A program made the position numbers and the translations under genes. From assembly GCA_028023455.1 (NCBI GenBank), contig JAQFVV010000006.1, forward strand, positions 1,302,001 to 1,366,000: a stretch of 64,000 nt of DNA, written 5' to 3'. This DNA is from Epiperipatus broadwayi (Eukaryota; Animalia; Onychophora). Shown piece after piece: positions 13,198 through 26,214 of the stretch (positions are counted from its first letter, which is position 1; every line of letters begins with the position of its first letter). The notes beneath the pieces are model-generated. The model was not told where the DNA came from, did no database searches, and was given only the letters and a program-made list of their open reading frames with translations.

Positions 13198-13470
13198 ACC
13201 ACTAAACATCACATGATCACCATTTCTTATGCTTGCTCATAACTGTTACTAAAACAAGCAAAACTCTCCATACAGTAGTGCCACTCAGTGCCAGACAGAA
13301 TAATCAACGGATGTCAGAAGGCTTGTGCATAAAATCCCTATTTAATGCCTACTCATCCAGTATCCCCAGACAAGTTTCTGGCTTATGGCCTTCATCAGTG
13401 AGGAGCCTTGGATATGAGAGCACTGCACCTAGATCTTAGAAATGGTGATCATGTGATATTTGGTGGTTAA
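13198..13470 (-). mobile_element. F1 repeat copy with intact HHR (13363-13404), bounded by ~33-bp inverted termini
   Basis: TCCTCA-CTGATGA-A-GGC[CATAA]GCC-A-GAAACTTGTC-TGGGGA; termini aaccactaaacatcacatgatcaccatttct / agaaatggtgatcatgtgatatttggtggtt. Confidence 0.85.
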
Positions 13471-13838
13471 ATATGTATCTTAGGGATTATTCATCTTTTT
13501 CACGTCTTTGATCATATATTTATAATTATACCCATTCACATGTTAAAAATCGATAGAAATCAGTCCCTATATTGAGTGAGAGGGTTGAAGTAAACGTTGC
13601 ACACAAAAATACTATTCTTTAAGTGCATAATTTCTAGGCTAATGAATGACTAATAAAAAAAATATTAATATATTTTCATGAAGTGATTTTTGTCAAAGTT
13701 GTGAGGTCAGCAAATTTGACACATCAATTAAACTGTGGCCATTTTCTTTCTTTCTTTGGACATATCTTATCTAACTATCAATCTATCTATCTATTTATAT
13801 TGAACAATGACAAAGATGTGTAAGCTATTGGCATCTGG

Positions 13839-13882
13839 GCCAACTGTTGAGTGCTGGTTCAGCATGAAATTTGCACCTTGGG
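13839..13882 (+). ncRNA. Degenerate hammerhead (family F4)
   Basis: CCAA-CTGTTGA-GTGCTG[GTT]CAGCAT-GAAAT...TTGG; A6 mutated and helix III degraded. Confidence 0.45.
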
Positions 13883-14499
13883 GATTGTACATCTTTTTCA
13901 CATGCCTTTCAACATAAATTTATGATTACATCTGTCCACAAGGTGTTAAACGTGGATAGAACCATTCCCTGCCATAAGTGTGATGTAGTGAAAATTATAC
14001 TACAGATGTTATTCATTAAGTGGATAATCTCTTATCTAATGAATGACTAATAAAAATTATAAATGAAACCATCGAGTTTGCATTTGACGGACTACCAATT
14101 AAACACAAGACTGTTTGCAATATATTAAATTGGAAAGATTAAAAAAATAAATAAAAGGGAAATTAAATTTATATCATTTTAATGAAACAAGTGTTCACTG
14201 ACAGGAATATTTATTCTTGTGAATTAGCTATGAAGTAACGTATTTCTGAAGTAGTCTGAATATATTGAAATTCAACAATCGATAAAACGATATTCCAAGA
14301 ATGTTATTAAAGGATAAAAGCATAAAACATTATTGATGATACGGTATCAGGGACTGTTTTTGAGTAGAACTGAATCCTGTGTAACTTTGAAAAAAAAATA
14401 TTTATAGAGATTATTCGCAAAAAAAAATGTTATCTATCAATTTGTTTTGCTTAGACTTAACAATTCACAAATCAAAATGATAACACTATTACTTTCAAA

Positions 14500-15720
14500 A
14501 GTAACCTTTATTAGTTAAAAGATTACAAAAATTTTCAGGTACACTTACCCGTTGAGAATTACAAAGTGTTCAATGTTACAAGGCAAAACATTATTGACCA
14601 GGTTTATATAAAGTACATATGTTTGATAACAATTATATCCATAAAGTACATATGTTTGATAACAATTATATCCATAAAAGGGTTGCTATAAGTGCATCTG
14701 TACATGGCCCAGCTGCTGAGAAGCTAGACTTCACTCAATGATCCCACCCCTGGGGCTTCAAAGCAAAGACCCAAATGCCTCAGCTGAATAGGTGGACAAG
14801 TCCAGCATTTCGCCAACCACCACAACAGGCAGCGAGGTCCAAGGCTCAAGTCCATTAAACAATGAACTCTTGACTCACAGCCAAGCCATGTCAAGACCAT
14901 TTTAGGTACCTCTGTCTCCCAATTAAGTCCAAATGTGCAGGGACCATATTCGGTCTACCTGCACAGAATTGGAAAGCCAACAAGGGGAAACTAATAAGTA
15001 ATGAGCACAGATCTGCACTGGCCAAAACCAACCTATCAAGGGAGCACAGCAGCAGACAAGAGCAGGAATGGCACTGAGACTTTGACAAGGTACCCTCCCG
15101 GCAGGTTTTCTAGGTAGTAGCAATAATTGTCAACAGCCTGCACCAATAAACCAGGCCCCTAACAACTGCCACCACCCCCAAGGAGTGCAGACCCATGCCA
15201 GCAAAATCTCCATCAAAGTTACAAATATTGGCGGTGGCCCAAAGCAGACCAACCACCTTACAAATGCTCAAATTTTAAAGTTAACTAAGGAAACAAAATA
15301 ATAATGAGCTCAAATCATCACTATCCTAATAAAACAATCCATCAAGGGGTGCAGCAGCCTCTCAGGGCAAAGTCCAATGGAGGGCAGTGACTTTCACACA
15401 CTCAGCAGGTATCCCTGGGCTTGGCAATGACCACCGATTGTCCTCACAAACATACCAAGCCCCTTATGACCACCACCACCACACATGAGAAAAAGAATAG
15501 GAGTGCACACCAATGCAAGTTGATTCATTGTAGTCTGAATCAAGCCAGATTTACTTGTGCACAATGAGTACACACCATTTGTCCATATCACCTTGCACAC
15601 TGAGATCAATAGAGCTGAAAGTCTGTTTGTAATCATTATCAACCTCCTGTGTCTGCAAATGTTCACAATACCTGTTCAACCCACCCAACTATAAAGTCCT
15701 TCAAGGTTCACTATGATTCT
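14500..15720 (-). mobile_element. GC-richer degenerate element, possibly a non-LTR retrotransposon 3' part (unassigned)
   Basis: Abrupt GC rise, broken frames (CAGRPNMVPAHLDL resembles R1/LOA-type G..P.dL), 33-bp tandem duplication at 14608-14678 and minus-strand AATAAA near 14507. Confidence 0.3.
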
Positions 15721-15786
15721 TATTTCTTAATACTAATTGGATTCTGCTTCTTTGGATTGAATTCTAGGTCTTGATTAGTAATCAAG

Positions 15787-16275
15787 GTGTGTGGCAATAC
15801 ATATAGTGAGTTTTACCTCTTTTAATAAATTATAAGCAAGCATAAGAAATGGTGATCATGTGATATTTATTGGCTTAAAACCAATCCTGCCTAATAGGAT
15901 ATTGGTGGCTATGGTTATTAAAGAACCAACAATACAAAAATGTATGGGTGCTGAACTGAGTTCAGACTTATATGACTATATAAGCTGATGAGCTTGGATT
16001 AAAAATATTAAGGTGTTTTCAGTTTAAGACTCATAGTTTTGTAGTTAAGTGGAGATAAAAGGTGGCTGCTAGAGGGTTGCATTAGATCCTAATATCTAAA
16101 CACAATGCTCTCAGATCCAAGGCTCTTCACTGACGAAGGCCGCAAGTCAGAAACTAGTCTGGGGATATTGGATGAGTAGGCACTAGATGGAAATTTTATG
16201 CACAAGCCTTCTGGCATTCATTGATTACTCTAGCTTGCTGTGTGTGGCAATACATATAGTGAGTTTTGCCTGTTT
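15787..16275 (+). mobile_element. F1 retrozyme-like monomer (453-bp unit plus 28-bp terminal direct repeat), HHR 16124-16165
   Basis: gtgtgtggcaatacatatagtgagtttt at 15787 and 16240; CTGACGA-A-GGC[CGCAA]GTC-A-GAAACTAGTC-TGGGGA; no ORF-track ORF inside the unit. Confidence 0.85.
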
Positions 16276-17913
16276 CTAATTTAATAAAAAATTTTTTTTA
16301 CAGTTGTCTTACTTTAGTATCTATCCCAATTCTGCACCTGAGCAGTCCGCTTCTTGCCACACCTATTCAATTGGAATTTTCAGTTTTCCAAATTTTAATC
16401 TTTGTTTTAATGATATTTGTATTCTTAAGCATATATTTTACTTCTGATTTCTCTTGTTACTCTCAACACATATTTTCATTTCCCCATACTTTGTTCTATC
16501 AGTTTCTGCAAATACCAGATTCATAAGTTAAGAAGTAATAAAACACATTTATTAAGATTTTTTTTTTTTCAAGCACATAGGCACACTACCTTATGTTACT
16601 TTTACCAAAAGCATTCCATTCAAATTTATTACAAATCTTGATTTTATTTTAATTTGAGAAACCACTGAACATTCTATTAATCTTTTTAAGCACTTATCTT
16701 TACTCTTATTTTCTTTGATAGCTTTCGTTGTATTTCCTGAAGATTTGAAATATTATTTGCAAAAACAACTACACGATCTGCAAAATGTAGATGATTTAAG
16801 TAATTTCTATTTATTCTGAATCCCTTAATTCTAATTTACCAAATAAAAATTATAAAGTATGTATAAATTTTAATTCTATTATCGCAATTATTATTACAAT
16901 GCACAACCGGTCTGTTCGTAAATGGCTTCAAGATTTGTTATATTTTATAATTATTCACTTCTAAATAGATGTCGCTGTTTGATGAAGACAATAAAAATTG
17001 ATTTACATGAAAACTAGTTAGGAATGTTTGTCTTACCATATCTTCAAATAATGATGAATTACAAAAAAGTGCTACGAAAAGATAAAATTTAATATATAAT
17101 TCAGATCTGTATAAATAGATGTTTATCAATCTTAAGTTATTGCTATGCGAAAAGAAAAAAAATCAATTTGATCTTTTGTGTGTGTTATAGAATTATAAAT
17201 ATAAACACAAACTACTAGGAGATTAATAACTCTAATCTTCAGGCAAATTTAAAATCAATGTATTATAATAGAACTTTTTTTTCTTTCTATTTTATAAACA
17301 ATGTATTGGAATAAACACAAGATGGATGCTGTTGCTAAGCAATAAGTAATGATGTCATTAGACAGCATTTCATCTTGGAAGCAAAGCAGATAATAAATAG
17401 ATAATATCATAGCGGAGCTTTTCAATTTATTCCTTGTTGCCATGGTAATAATAAACTAATAAAGAAATAAATCAGCAATGTAAGGAATAAATTCTACATT
17501 TTTGATTAGATTTTATATAGCAATTTTTTTTTAAAAAAAGACATTACTACGATTAGTTTAACTTGTATATTATAGTTTTAACAAAAATAAGAAGGAAATC
17601 ATAGGAACGTTAATAAAATTCATACACATATATTGTATATATAGGATGTTGCAACTTTAAAAATTTGACTCTTCAAAAATCCCATCAATTATTTTTTGGT
17701 CATTAGAATGGCAGACTGGAGCTTACGGTCCATGGATTGCGATCCACATCAATAACTTTTGGCGCTTGAATTTTTTTAGGAGTTTACAGGCAATCATTGT
17801 TTGATTATTTTTTATTATTATCCAAGTATCAACTTTATATATTACCCCCCCCCCCCCTGCTTCAAATTTTTTATACATCTTATTTGTGAGTGATACTTAA
17901 ATAGACTATCAAA

Positions 17914-19275
17914 GATGTGATGCGATATGGCTTCTCCTTTATCGAGGTCAGGAATCTCTCAGACACTATGCCTAGAGAAACTTGTTAGTCACCTTCCTTT
18001 CACTACCCTAAGTTTTCCCCATATTCTTCTCTATCTTGCTCCATCTCAATTCCACATCATCATCTTTGTCCACTCTATGGCCTTTATATCTAGATCCTCC
18101 TTATTTTTTTTAAACCCCAGCATAAAAACCAAGAATCCACTTTGTATATAATCGCTTTGTTTATATTTATTCTCCTGCAACTTCATTATTTGTACCCTTT
18201 TTCTTGTAAGCATTTACATTCAGTTAGCAGATGCCTAATATTTTCCATGCCTTCCTTACACATCTTGCAGACTAAATCACTCACATTTCTCCATTTATGT
18301 GTATATTCTCTTGTTGCTAGTGATCCTGTTTGAGCCTTAATTAGTAAACTACTTTCCTTGCTATTATTATAAATTAATTCACACTCAATATTCTGTTTAC
18401 TTCCTCTCTATATATTTAAACTTTTTATTCTCCATACTAGTTCTCCATCTATCCAACTCCCTATTTTTTATTAGTGCATCTATCCCATTCTTTGCCATCA
18501 TAACACTCAAAAATTCTCCTAACACAATTATCACACCTTTTGTACAAGTATACTGATATAAAGTCTTTATCCAAATCTTTTACATCCAAGTACTACCTTC
18601 CTCATCCATCTTGTAGCCTGAACTTTACTCATAACCCAATTAAATACTATTTCAGTAATTCTCTTACTATCCATAAATTGCAATCTACTGAACATTTTCA
18701 TTTTGCATTTCTCATATAAAAACTTGAACACCCCATTTCTTCTTGAATTGCCTCCACACATTTGCATCTAATGCAAGTCTTCCTACTTCTTTTTGTACTT
18801 TTTCTAAGTAATCTATCATTCCTTTACTAAAATATAACATATTGTTATCATAAGTTAACCCTGCTACTGCCACTTCCATACAATTCTTATTACATCATAT
18901 TTATTATATGAAAATACTGTTAATTTGTTTATTATATTCTTTTTTTTTCTTTGCTTCATTTATCAATTTTTTCCCCTATTCCTCCAAGCAATTTCTCTGA
19001 TTATTTAAGATGATTCTCAAATAGTTATACTTAATCACCACACTTAACTTTATATCCTCCCCAAAAAAATATTTCTCTTCCCTTTCCCCAGCATTTATTC
19101 ATCATTACTTTTGATTTTTCTTCACTAAATTAAATCCCCATCTCTTTACCCACCCTTGCACATGTCTTCAACATAACTTCCATACTTTCTGTGCACAAGA
19201 AGTAACTTCCATATCTTCCCTACTTTCTGTGCACAAGAAGATATCGTCAGCAAAGAGCCCCCACAGTTACCATAT
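17914..19275 (-). mobile_element. APE-RT LINE family L-A, 5'-truncated degenerate copy
   Basis: Colinear with 47561-48900 (e.g. KMKMFSRLQFMDSKRITEIVFNW vs KMKVCDRLQFMDEGIAKIVFNW); same 3' tail. Confidence 0.85.
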
Positions 19276-20704
19276 ACACCAACTATTAAATATTAAGTGC
19301 ATTTCAAATTTTAACGAATTTATATGCTTTTAAAAAAATAAGCACAAAATGCTATACTTTATATATGGCTTTTGACATTTTTTTTTTGCACAAGACAACT
19401 AATTCATGATTTTTTCTACTTCATGCACAAATATGCATATATAGAACAGTATCAATGCATTTTCAAACTGATAGCATATGCAAACTTCTCACTAAAAATA
19501 ATTAGATAATCATTTACTAACCAATATATATAGATGATAAAAAGGGACTTCATGGTATAGTGATTAGCATATCTACATACTCGCTCATAATTTGAGGTTC
19601 AAATCTAGTTTAGCATGAAATTTTTTTCAGAAACTTTATTTCTAAGAAAATTTAGAATTTCTCTCATATAATTGACTCATAGCAACTCAGCTGCTTTTAA
19701 CTAGGATAGACAAGAAAGAAAAACAAAAAAATACTTGCCAACTAATAACTGAGTAGCTAGGTGAATATTTATCGCCAGATGCTATAATATGATTTCTATT
19801 AATTGTTTTTCATTTCGACTAATTTTGAGAAATATTAACTGTTAGCAATGCTTCTGACTGTAGAGTCTAAAATAATTTGTCAGAATTAGACCATTAATAA
19901 CTCATTTAATTCCTTCCCTAAGAGAAGAATGAGCTTCTAGTGGAAACATATTTGCTTCCAGAAGTTGTTCAATGGCAAACATTTTTCTTATTATTAATGT
20001 TACTACAATAGCTAATTCAGGCTTTTAATAGTTAGAACTATAAGGTCTATTGCTTACAGAATCACATAATACTTGAGAATCAAAATGATTACAAGCAATC
20101 TAAGAATATTTCGTTCTTAAGTCTAAGACTTAAACCATATAGAACTCTTAAATCAATAAAGAGTTTAAGATGTAATATTAAGGTCTGAGAGAATATTATT
20201 TTTTCCTATTAGATTTGATTATTTTTCTATATTCTGTTCCAATGTTTATCTTTACTGATGTGCAAGCTACATTTTTGAAGTCAGCAGGCTCTGCAAATTA
20301 TTTTTCATATTCATATTCGAGACCAGTAGATACAAATCGATGAGCCATTCTTATATAAAGAATGGATGTTTTAAGATTTACGTATAACTTTTGATTGTCA
20401 AAAATAATGTTGTCATTAATGAGTAAATTATACTTTGCACAGAAGTTAATAATTGGGAACAATTATGTTTCAAAATACAGTATTATCTAAAATATAAAAC
20501 AAACGTTGATGAAAATATATAACTGTGTAAGTCAGAACACACTCTGTTAGAATATACAAGACTTAATTTCAAATGTGTAATAAATATATTTTTAAAAAAA
20601 TCTATAAAATCATACTTGATAACTCTTAAACATTTCACATCTAAGAGCACTCTATAAATTCACTTTATCATCGTAAATACCAGAACAAAAATAATCTTTA
20701 GGGT

Positions 20705-21478
20705 TGATGTGATGCACTGTGGCTTCCTTTTCAGTCAGGACTGTCTCAGCCACTATGCCCAGAGAAACCTGTTAACCACCTTACCTCCTCTTTCCAATTC
20801 CCCACCATCTTCTCTATTATGCTCCAACCCATTTCCACAACATAATCTTTGTCAATTCCATGGCTCCTTATCTTTTCCCAAACCCAACATAAAAACCACT
20901 TTGTTTATATTTATTCTTCCACAACTTCATTATTTGTACCCTTTTTGCTTGAATGCATTTACATTCAATTAACACATGCCTAATATTTTCTTTGTCTTCC
21001 TTACACAACTTGTAAACCAAATCACCCATATTTTTCCATTTATGTGTACATTCCCTTGTTACTAAAGATCCTGTTCGAACCTTAAACAGCAAACTACTTT
21101 TCTTGCTATTATCATAAATTAATTTGCACCCAATATTCTGTTTGCTTCTATATATATTTAAACTTTTTTTACTCTATTAGTTCTCCATCTCCCTATTTTT
21201 TTCATTAATGCATCTATTCTTCTATCACACTCCTTGCCACTATAACACTCAACAATTCTAACACAATCATTTAACCTTTTGTGTAAGTATACTGACAAAA
21301 ATTCTTTATCCAAATCTGCATACCATACTACCTTTCCATCCATCTTGTTTGGTCTCACCCCACTTTTAACTGATTCTATATTTCCTAATTGATACATATA
21401 ATTATTTTTTACAATCTCTTAATAAGATCCATTAAAGCTCCAACCATTCCCAAATTTACTAAACTTACTCATAATCTA
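20705..21478 (-). mobile_element. APE-RT LINE family L-A, truncated/deleted copy
   Basis: Same 3' end; C-terminal CKLC...E...HVLIEC zinc-knuckle-like motif (VYKLCKEDKENIRHVLIEC). Confidence 0.85.
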
Positions 21479-21499
21479 TAGAAAATCAACAATGAAGTC

Positions 21500-22633
21500 A
21501 TTGTTGATTTTCTATGCTGGTTGAACAACATCATGGTGATCGTTAGACGAATGGTTCTCCATGAAGCAAGGATGGCCCATGGGCTTGCCATTAAGTGGCA
21601 TAATCACCAGAATCAACTATTATGAGATCATACCTGGTTTAAATCCTGCATGCCTTCTGATATACACCAGATATGTGGATGATCTATTCATCACTACCAC
21701 TCCAGAAGTTATCACATGGATCAAAATGGAATTTGAAACCAGCATAGCACTGGTTGTGAACATCACAGTTAAAAATGCACATCAACAAGTTAAATATTTG
21801 GATGTTAACATACAAAGAGAAAATGATCTGTCACTATGTCATGACTATCATGCCTTTAGAGATCAGGTGCCACATAAACTCTAATGCACCCACAGAACAC
21901 AAGCTATCTGGCTTATCATCGTTTTTACACAGAAACAAACTATTATGCAGAATTGAAGCAGACACCAAAGCCAATTTAACAAAATACAGGGATGACTTAC
22001 TGAATCCAGGATTCAGGCAAAGCACCAGCGATAAAAATCCGGAATAAACATCTCAATGCTCACAGCAAACAAGATAAACCTAGACTACTGCTTCCATATA
22101 TCTCTAATTTACATAGTAAATTACATTCTATCCTCAATAAGATATAAACTTTGCTTCCGCCGACTCCCCCCCCCTCAAATTCCAACAACTTAATCAGTAA
22201 CCCTAAAGATCAAATCCCACTTTTACAGATTCCCCACACAGTATACAATTTGCATGCCTCAGCAACAATTGCGAAGGCTCATACAATGGAGAAAGTAGAG
22301 CATCCTTTTCTACCTAGTTGGCACACACAGCACAGATACTCATATAAGAGAGCTCTCAATCAACCCTCCATTTATTCGGTTTTTATCAGCACCAAAACAC
22401 TTGCCAGCATGAGTGTGTACCAAAAAATCCCACAATCATGTGCAGAGGGGGCACGATCTCAAGTTAAAAAGAGCCTTCTTCATCTCCAGAGACAAAGACA
22501 CCATCATGGAATGTCTAACATAATCAACACAAATTTGCATATCATTAACAGTCAAGCTATGATTATGAAGGCTGGACCCTTCGAAAGCACTAAGCATATT
22601 CATTCGTGTTTATTTAATAATTTACAGCTTTGA
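21500..22633 (+). mobile_element. Penelope-like element RT-thumb-GIY-YIG pseudogene
   Basis: KQGWPMGLPLSG, YTRYVDDLF, KYLDVNI, HINSNAPTEHKLS motifs with frameshifts; downstream C..C/H-containing endonuclease-like remnant. Confidence 0.85.
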
Positions 22634-23027
22634 GGACAATTGCGCTTTATATGCAAACGGACTAGTATACATATATTTCCTCAAAGTAAAAAAATTATTT
22701 GGCTAATCCTGTAAGTTTTTTTTTAAAAAAAAACACTCAGTCTGAAGCACAAATTAACTAAAGTAAATTTCATTTGCTTAGCAAAAAATTCCTTAATTCT
22801 TCATATAAATTTACGCAAATAACTTAATTTTCTGTATTTGTCATCTGCATTCCTTGATTTCATACTAGTGCTAGTTTTTAACCACTGTTCATCAGAACAT
22901 TAAAGTTCTAAAACAAATGTCTTTCTTTTATCAGTCTAACATCAAATATTAAAAAAGTTAAAACAAAAATAGTCATTTCTATATCTTTTAATAACCGATA
23001 TTAGGAATTGCTTTGTGATCTCATTAA

Positions 23028-23066
23028 AACTCTGAAGACTGCTTGTCAATCGAAACTGTTAGAGCA
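23028..23066 (+). ncRNA. Degenerate hammerhead (F5-like), possibly the pLTR of the upstream PLE
   Basis: CTGAAGACTGCTTGTCAATCGAAACTGTTAG resembles CTGATGAAGACTGCAGGACAATCGAAACTGTAAG of the 59.5-kb copies. Confidence 0.4.
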
Positions 23067-25949
23067 AAAAAAAAAACAAACAAACACAAAATATGCAGTT
23101 ATAGTGATAAAAGGTAATTTATTTTGCAATTGTGTCAATACATAAAAGATATAAAATGAGAATGACTATAATACTTCATAAAGAAAACATTAAAGTTCTG
23201 TGAACTTGGTATAAGGGTTCTATAATAAAATATCAAAAAACTTCCTACCAATCATGGTTCTTCTAAACATTGGAGTTCTAAAAAATTGTGGAAAAGTATA
23301 TAATTCAAAATTGTACCCTAGGAAATATGGAAGAATAAACTTAAATTATCTGCCCATTCATTCATTTGAATGGCAGTTGTGAGAGGTTCCAAAGACGACG
23401 CAACAAAATGTGAGCAGGGAAACCTATTAAAAAAAAATATAGGTCAAGTTGTAACTTACATGTTCAAGTTGCTGCAATCTTTAACTACGTTTGATATGAT
23501 TTTGAAATTTATATATGTACTTATGTATAATTAAATCCTAACATTCTAAAGTCAGATCTTTTACATTTGATATCAGGTAATGCATTTTTTTGATTAGCAA
23601 TTAAAATTTGTTAGAAATAATTTACCATTGAAATGGATAAAACAAAAAAATTGATTGTGAACAGAGTATTTATTTATTTGAACTCTATAAAAAGTACCAA
23701 ATCATCTTATTAAAAACAATTTAATGTAGAATCTATCTACAATTCAGACAAGTTCATTCATTTTAATAAACTTGCAAATAAGTATCTCATTTCAATAAAC
23801 CTATAGAGTTGTTGCCCAGCATGTGGTGATAGTGACAAAACTCGGATTTCAAAATCCATAGATTGTGGCCCAGCTGCTCAAAAGTTATGAATTCTGGAGC
23901 TTTAAATCATTCACTTTTGTGTCTATAGCTTGTTAAAATTAGCTTTTCTAATATTTTTATTATGTAATCTCCATATTTTTGTTAGATTAATGAGTTGTCT
24001 TGTGTATATACTCTAGTAATATGCTTAATTTCTAGACTTACGTATGAATATAAAAGTTTATATTTTACTTTATTTTTGCGCAAAGTTATTTACTTATTAT
24101 TTATTTTACATTCTTTTCATTTATTAAATAACTAGCTTATATTTATCTGGGAATGCTTATTTTAAAACATTATGAATTTTAAATAAATACTAAAAAAAAC
24201 TGGATTATAATCTGAAGTTTAGTTAATATAAATTAGTTTATGCTATTTGTATGGGTGAATTTAATTAAAATTTATAAATAAAAATATACATCTTTGTTAG
24301 CTCACTATATTATTTTTTTATGTAGAATTATTTAATTTATTAAATGATTTTTTTTAACCTAATTTCAAAAGATTTGTAAAATATTGATTTCGAACATGTG
24401 CACTTATCTTCAAATTTTCTATAAAAAATGCTGTACTACATCGATTATTCTAGAATTCCTTCAACAATGCATATATAGAAATACAATAGGTAAATGTGTT
24501 AATATGATAAAATAGAATTAAGAAAACTTCACTTACCGCTTGAACTAGCTGCCATTAATATTAGTCTTCCTATAAATTTATATTCTTGTTCATACGATAT
24601 GCATGCAAAAAAAAAATTTGAATAGAAAAGAATCAAATGCCTAATCCTTTCCCAAAGTTTTGTCTATGCATTTATTAAGATTCCACTGTACTCAAAATAG
24701 ATGTCATCACTATATCTGTAGTCTAAAAAAATTTGGAAGGAAAGTCATTCCATTTAGAAGTAAAACCACTTTATTGCTGCTAAATAAAACCCTGGGAACT
24801 TTTTACTACTATGTAAATTGACCAAATGCGAACTTTCTAGATTGCATCATTCTGCTAAAAAACACAAAAATAATTAAACTGTCAAGATGTAGTCATAGCC
24901 TAAAAGCAAATTAGATCACAGCTTATGTTAAGCTTTGCTGCTCTCAGAAATTTTAAAATATGAACTTTTCATACGAAATTTTAGATCTCTTGATAGTTAG
25001 GTAATGTTTGATTATATATTTATGTGCACATATATTTCCAATATGTGAATGAGCGAGTAATTAGTTTGTGGAAAACAGAGATTAACTGTTGTATGTAATT
25101 AAATTAATGGGTAACTTACTTTATCCTTTTACTTTGCTTCTCTCATTATAGCAGCCAACATTTATTTTAAAATGATCGTAGACTTCATAAATTAATATTT
25201 TTATAGACGATTGAAGCTGTTACTTTGTTAAATCATTTCATTTAACTGTAATAAATAAAATGCAAATGAATTTATTTAAGTTGTATCTGTATTATTTATT
25301 AGCTTAGGCATTCATTTCACATAAACTTTAGTCACACGTCTAATTAATTCATTATTTCACCTGAAATTAACTATTTTATTCTTTTAAATATATTTAAAAT
25401 CGATAAAATTTGCACTTTGATTTTTCATATATTTTTACAGAATGTTGTTTTTGCATAGTCTATAAGGAACAAAAAATAAAATTTAAACAGGAGTCTCATC
25501 ATTAGTGAATGTTGGTTAGAATATACATATAATCCATAACACATATATTCAACCACCCATGTATTGTTAAAATATATACATTTTGATATTCTGTACAATC
25601 ATTGACTTGATTTCATAAATAATATGGTTATATCTTATTAGCTAATATTTGAATTCCCCATTGATGTGTATGTAAATTGTAACTGTAAAAAACCACAACT
25701 TAACAATATAAAGTTGAAACAGAAGGGCCTACTTATCTTCTTGAGCTATGCTTAATTTATGGACATATTTCAATAAATTATGAAAAGGGAATAAAAACAA
25801 ATGTTACATTTCTAGTACTATGATTAATTTTCAGAGCTTTGTTTAACTGATATTTTGAAAGATTAACTGAATAGTCAAAATAAGTTATAGATCACATGAC
25901 CCTATCTCTTAAGCTTGTAGGTTATAAACAATGATGATTGCCAATTCCT

Positions 25950-26210
25950 CTACAAGCTTTATGATAAAATGCTTAGCCAGAGCCAGCACTTAAAATATCT
26001 GTCAGGAACCCCTCCCCATGATTTCGTGCATTGGCACTCCTTAGAAATGTCAGGATAGGTTCAGACATCTGAACATACCCTGACACCTCTGAGGAGTGCC
26101 AAAGCACGAAACCATGGTCAGGGGTTCCCGACAGATATGTTTAGTGCTGGCTCTGGCTAAGCATTTATCATAAAGCTTGTAGAGGAATTGGCAATCCTCA
26201 TTGTTTACTT
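25950..26210. repeat. Head-to-head inverted dimer of HHR family F2
   Basis: gattgccaattcctctacaagcttt... / ...aaagcttgtagaggaattggcaatc arms; + arm HHR intact, minus arm degenerate. Confidence 0.85.
26083..26125 (+). ncRNA. Type I minimal hammerhead ribozyme (F2)
   Basis: ACACCT-CTGAGGA-GTGC[CAAA]GCAC-GAAA-CCATGG-TC|AGGGGT: canonical core, 4-bp helix II, palindromic helix III region, GUC site at 26119. Confidence 0.8.
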
Positions 26211-26214
26211 CAAT

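Noticed and set aside
13233-13439. 68-aa ORF in F1 as a coding gene
   Set aside because: It lies antisense to the HHR strand and the frame is not preserved in other F1 copies.
22151-22633. 160-aa ORF as a novel protein
   Set aside because: Part of the frameshifted Penelope-like element; not an independent gene.
23807-23890. Plus-strand terminal exon SCCPACGDSDKTRISKSIDCGPAAQKL*
   Set aside because: Looks coding, but no phase-compatible upstream exon or recognisable family was found; insufficient support.
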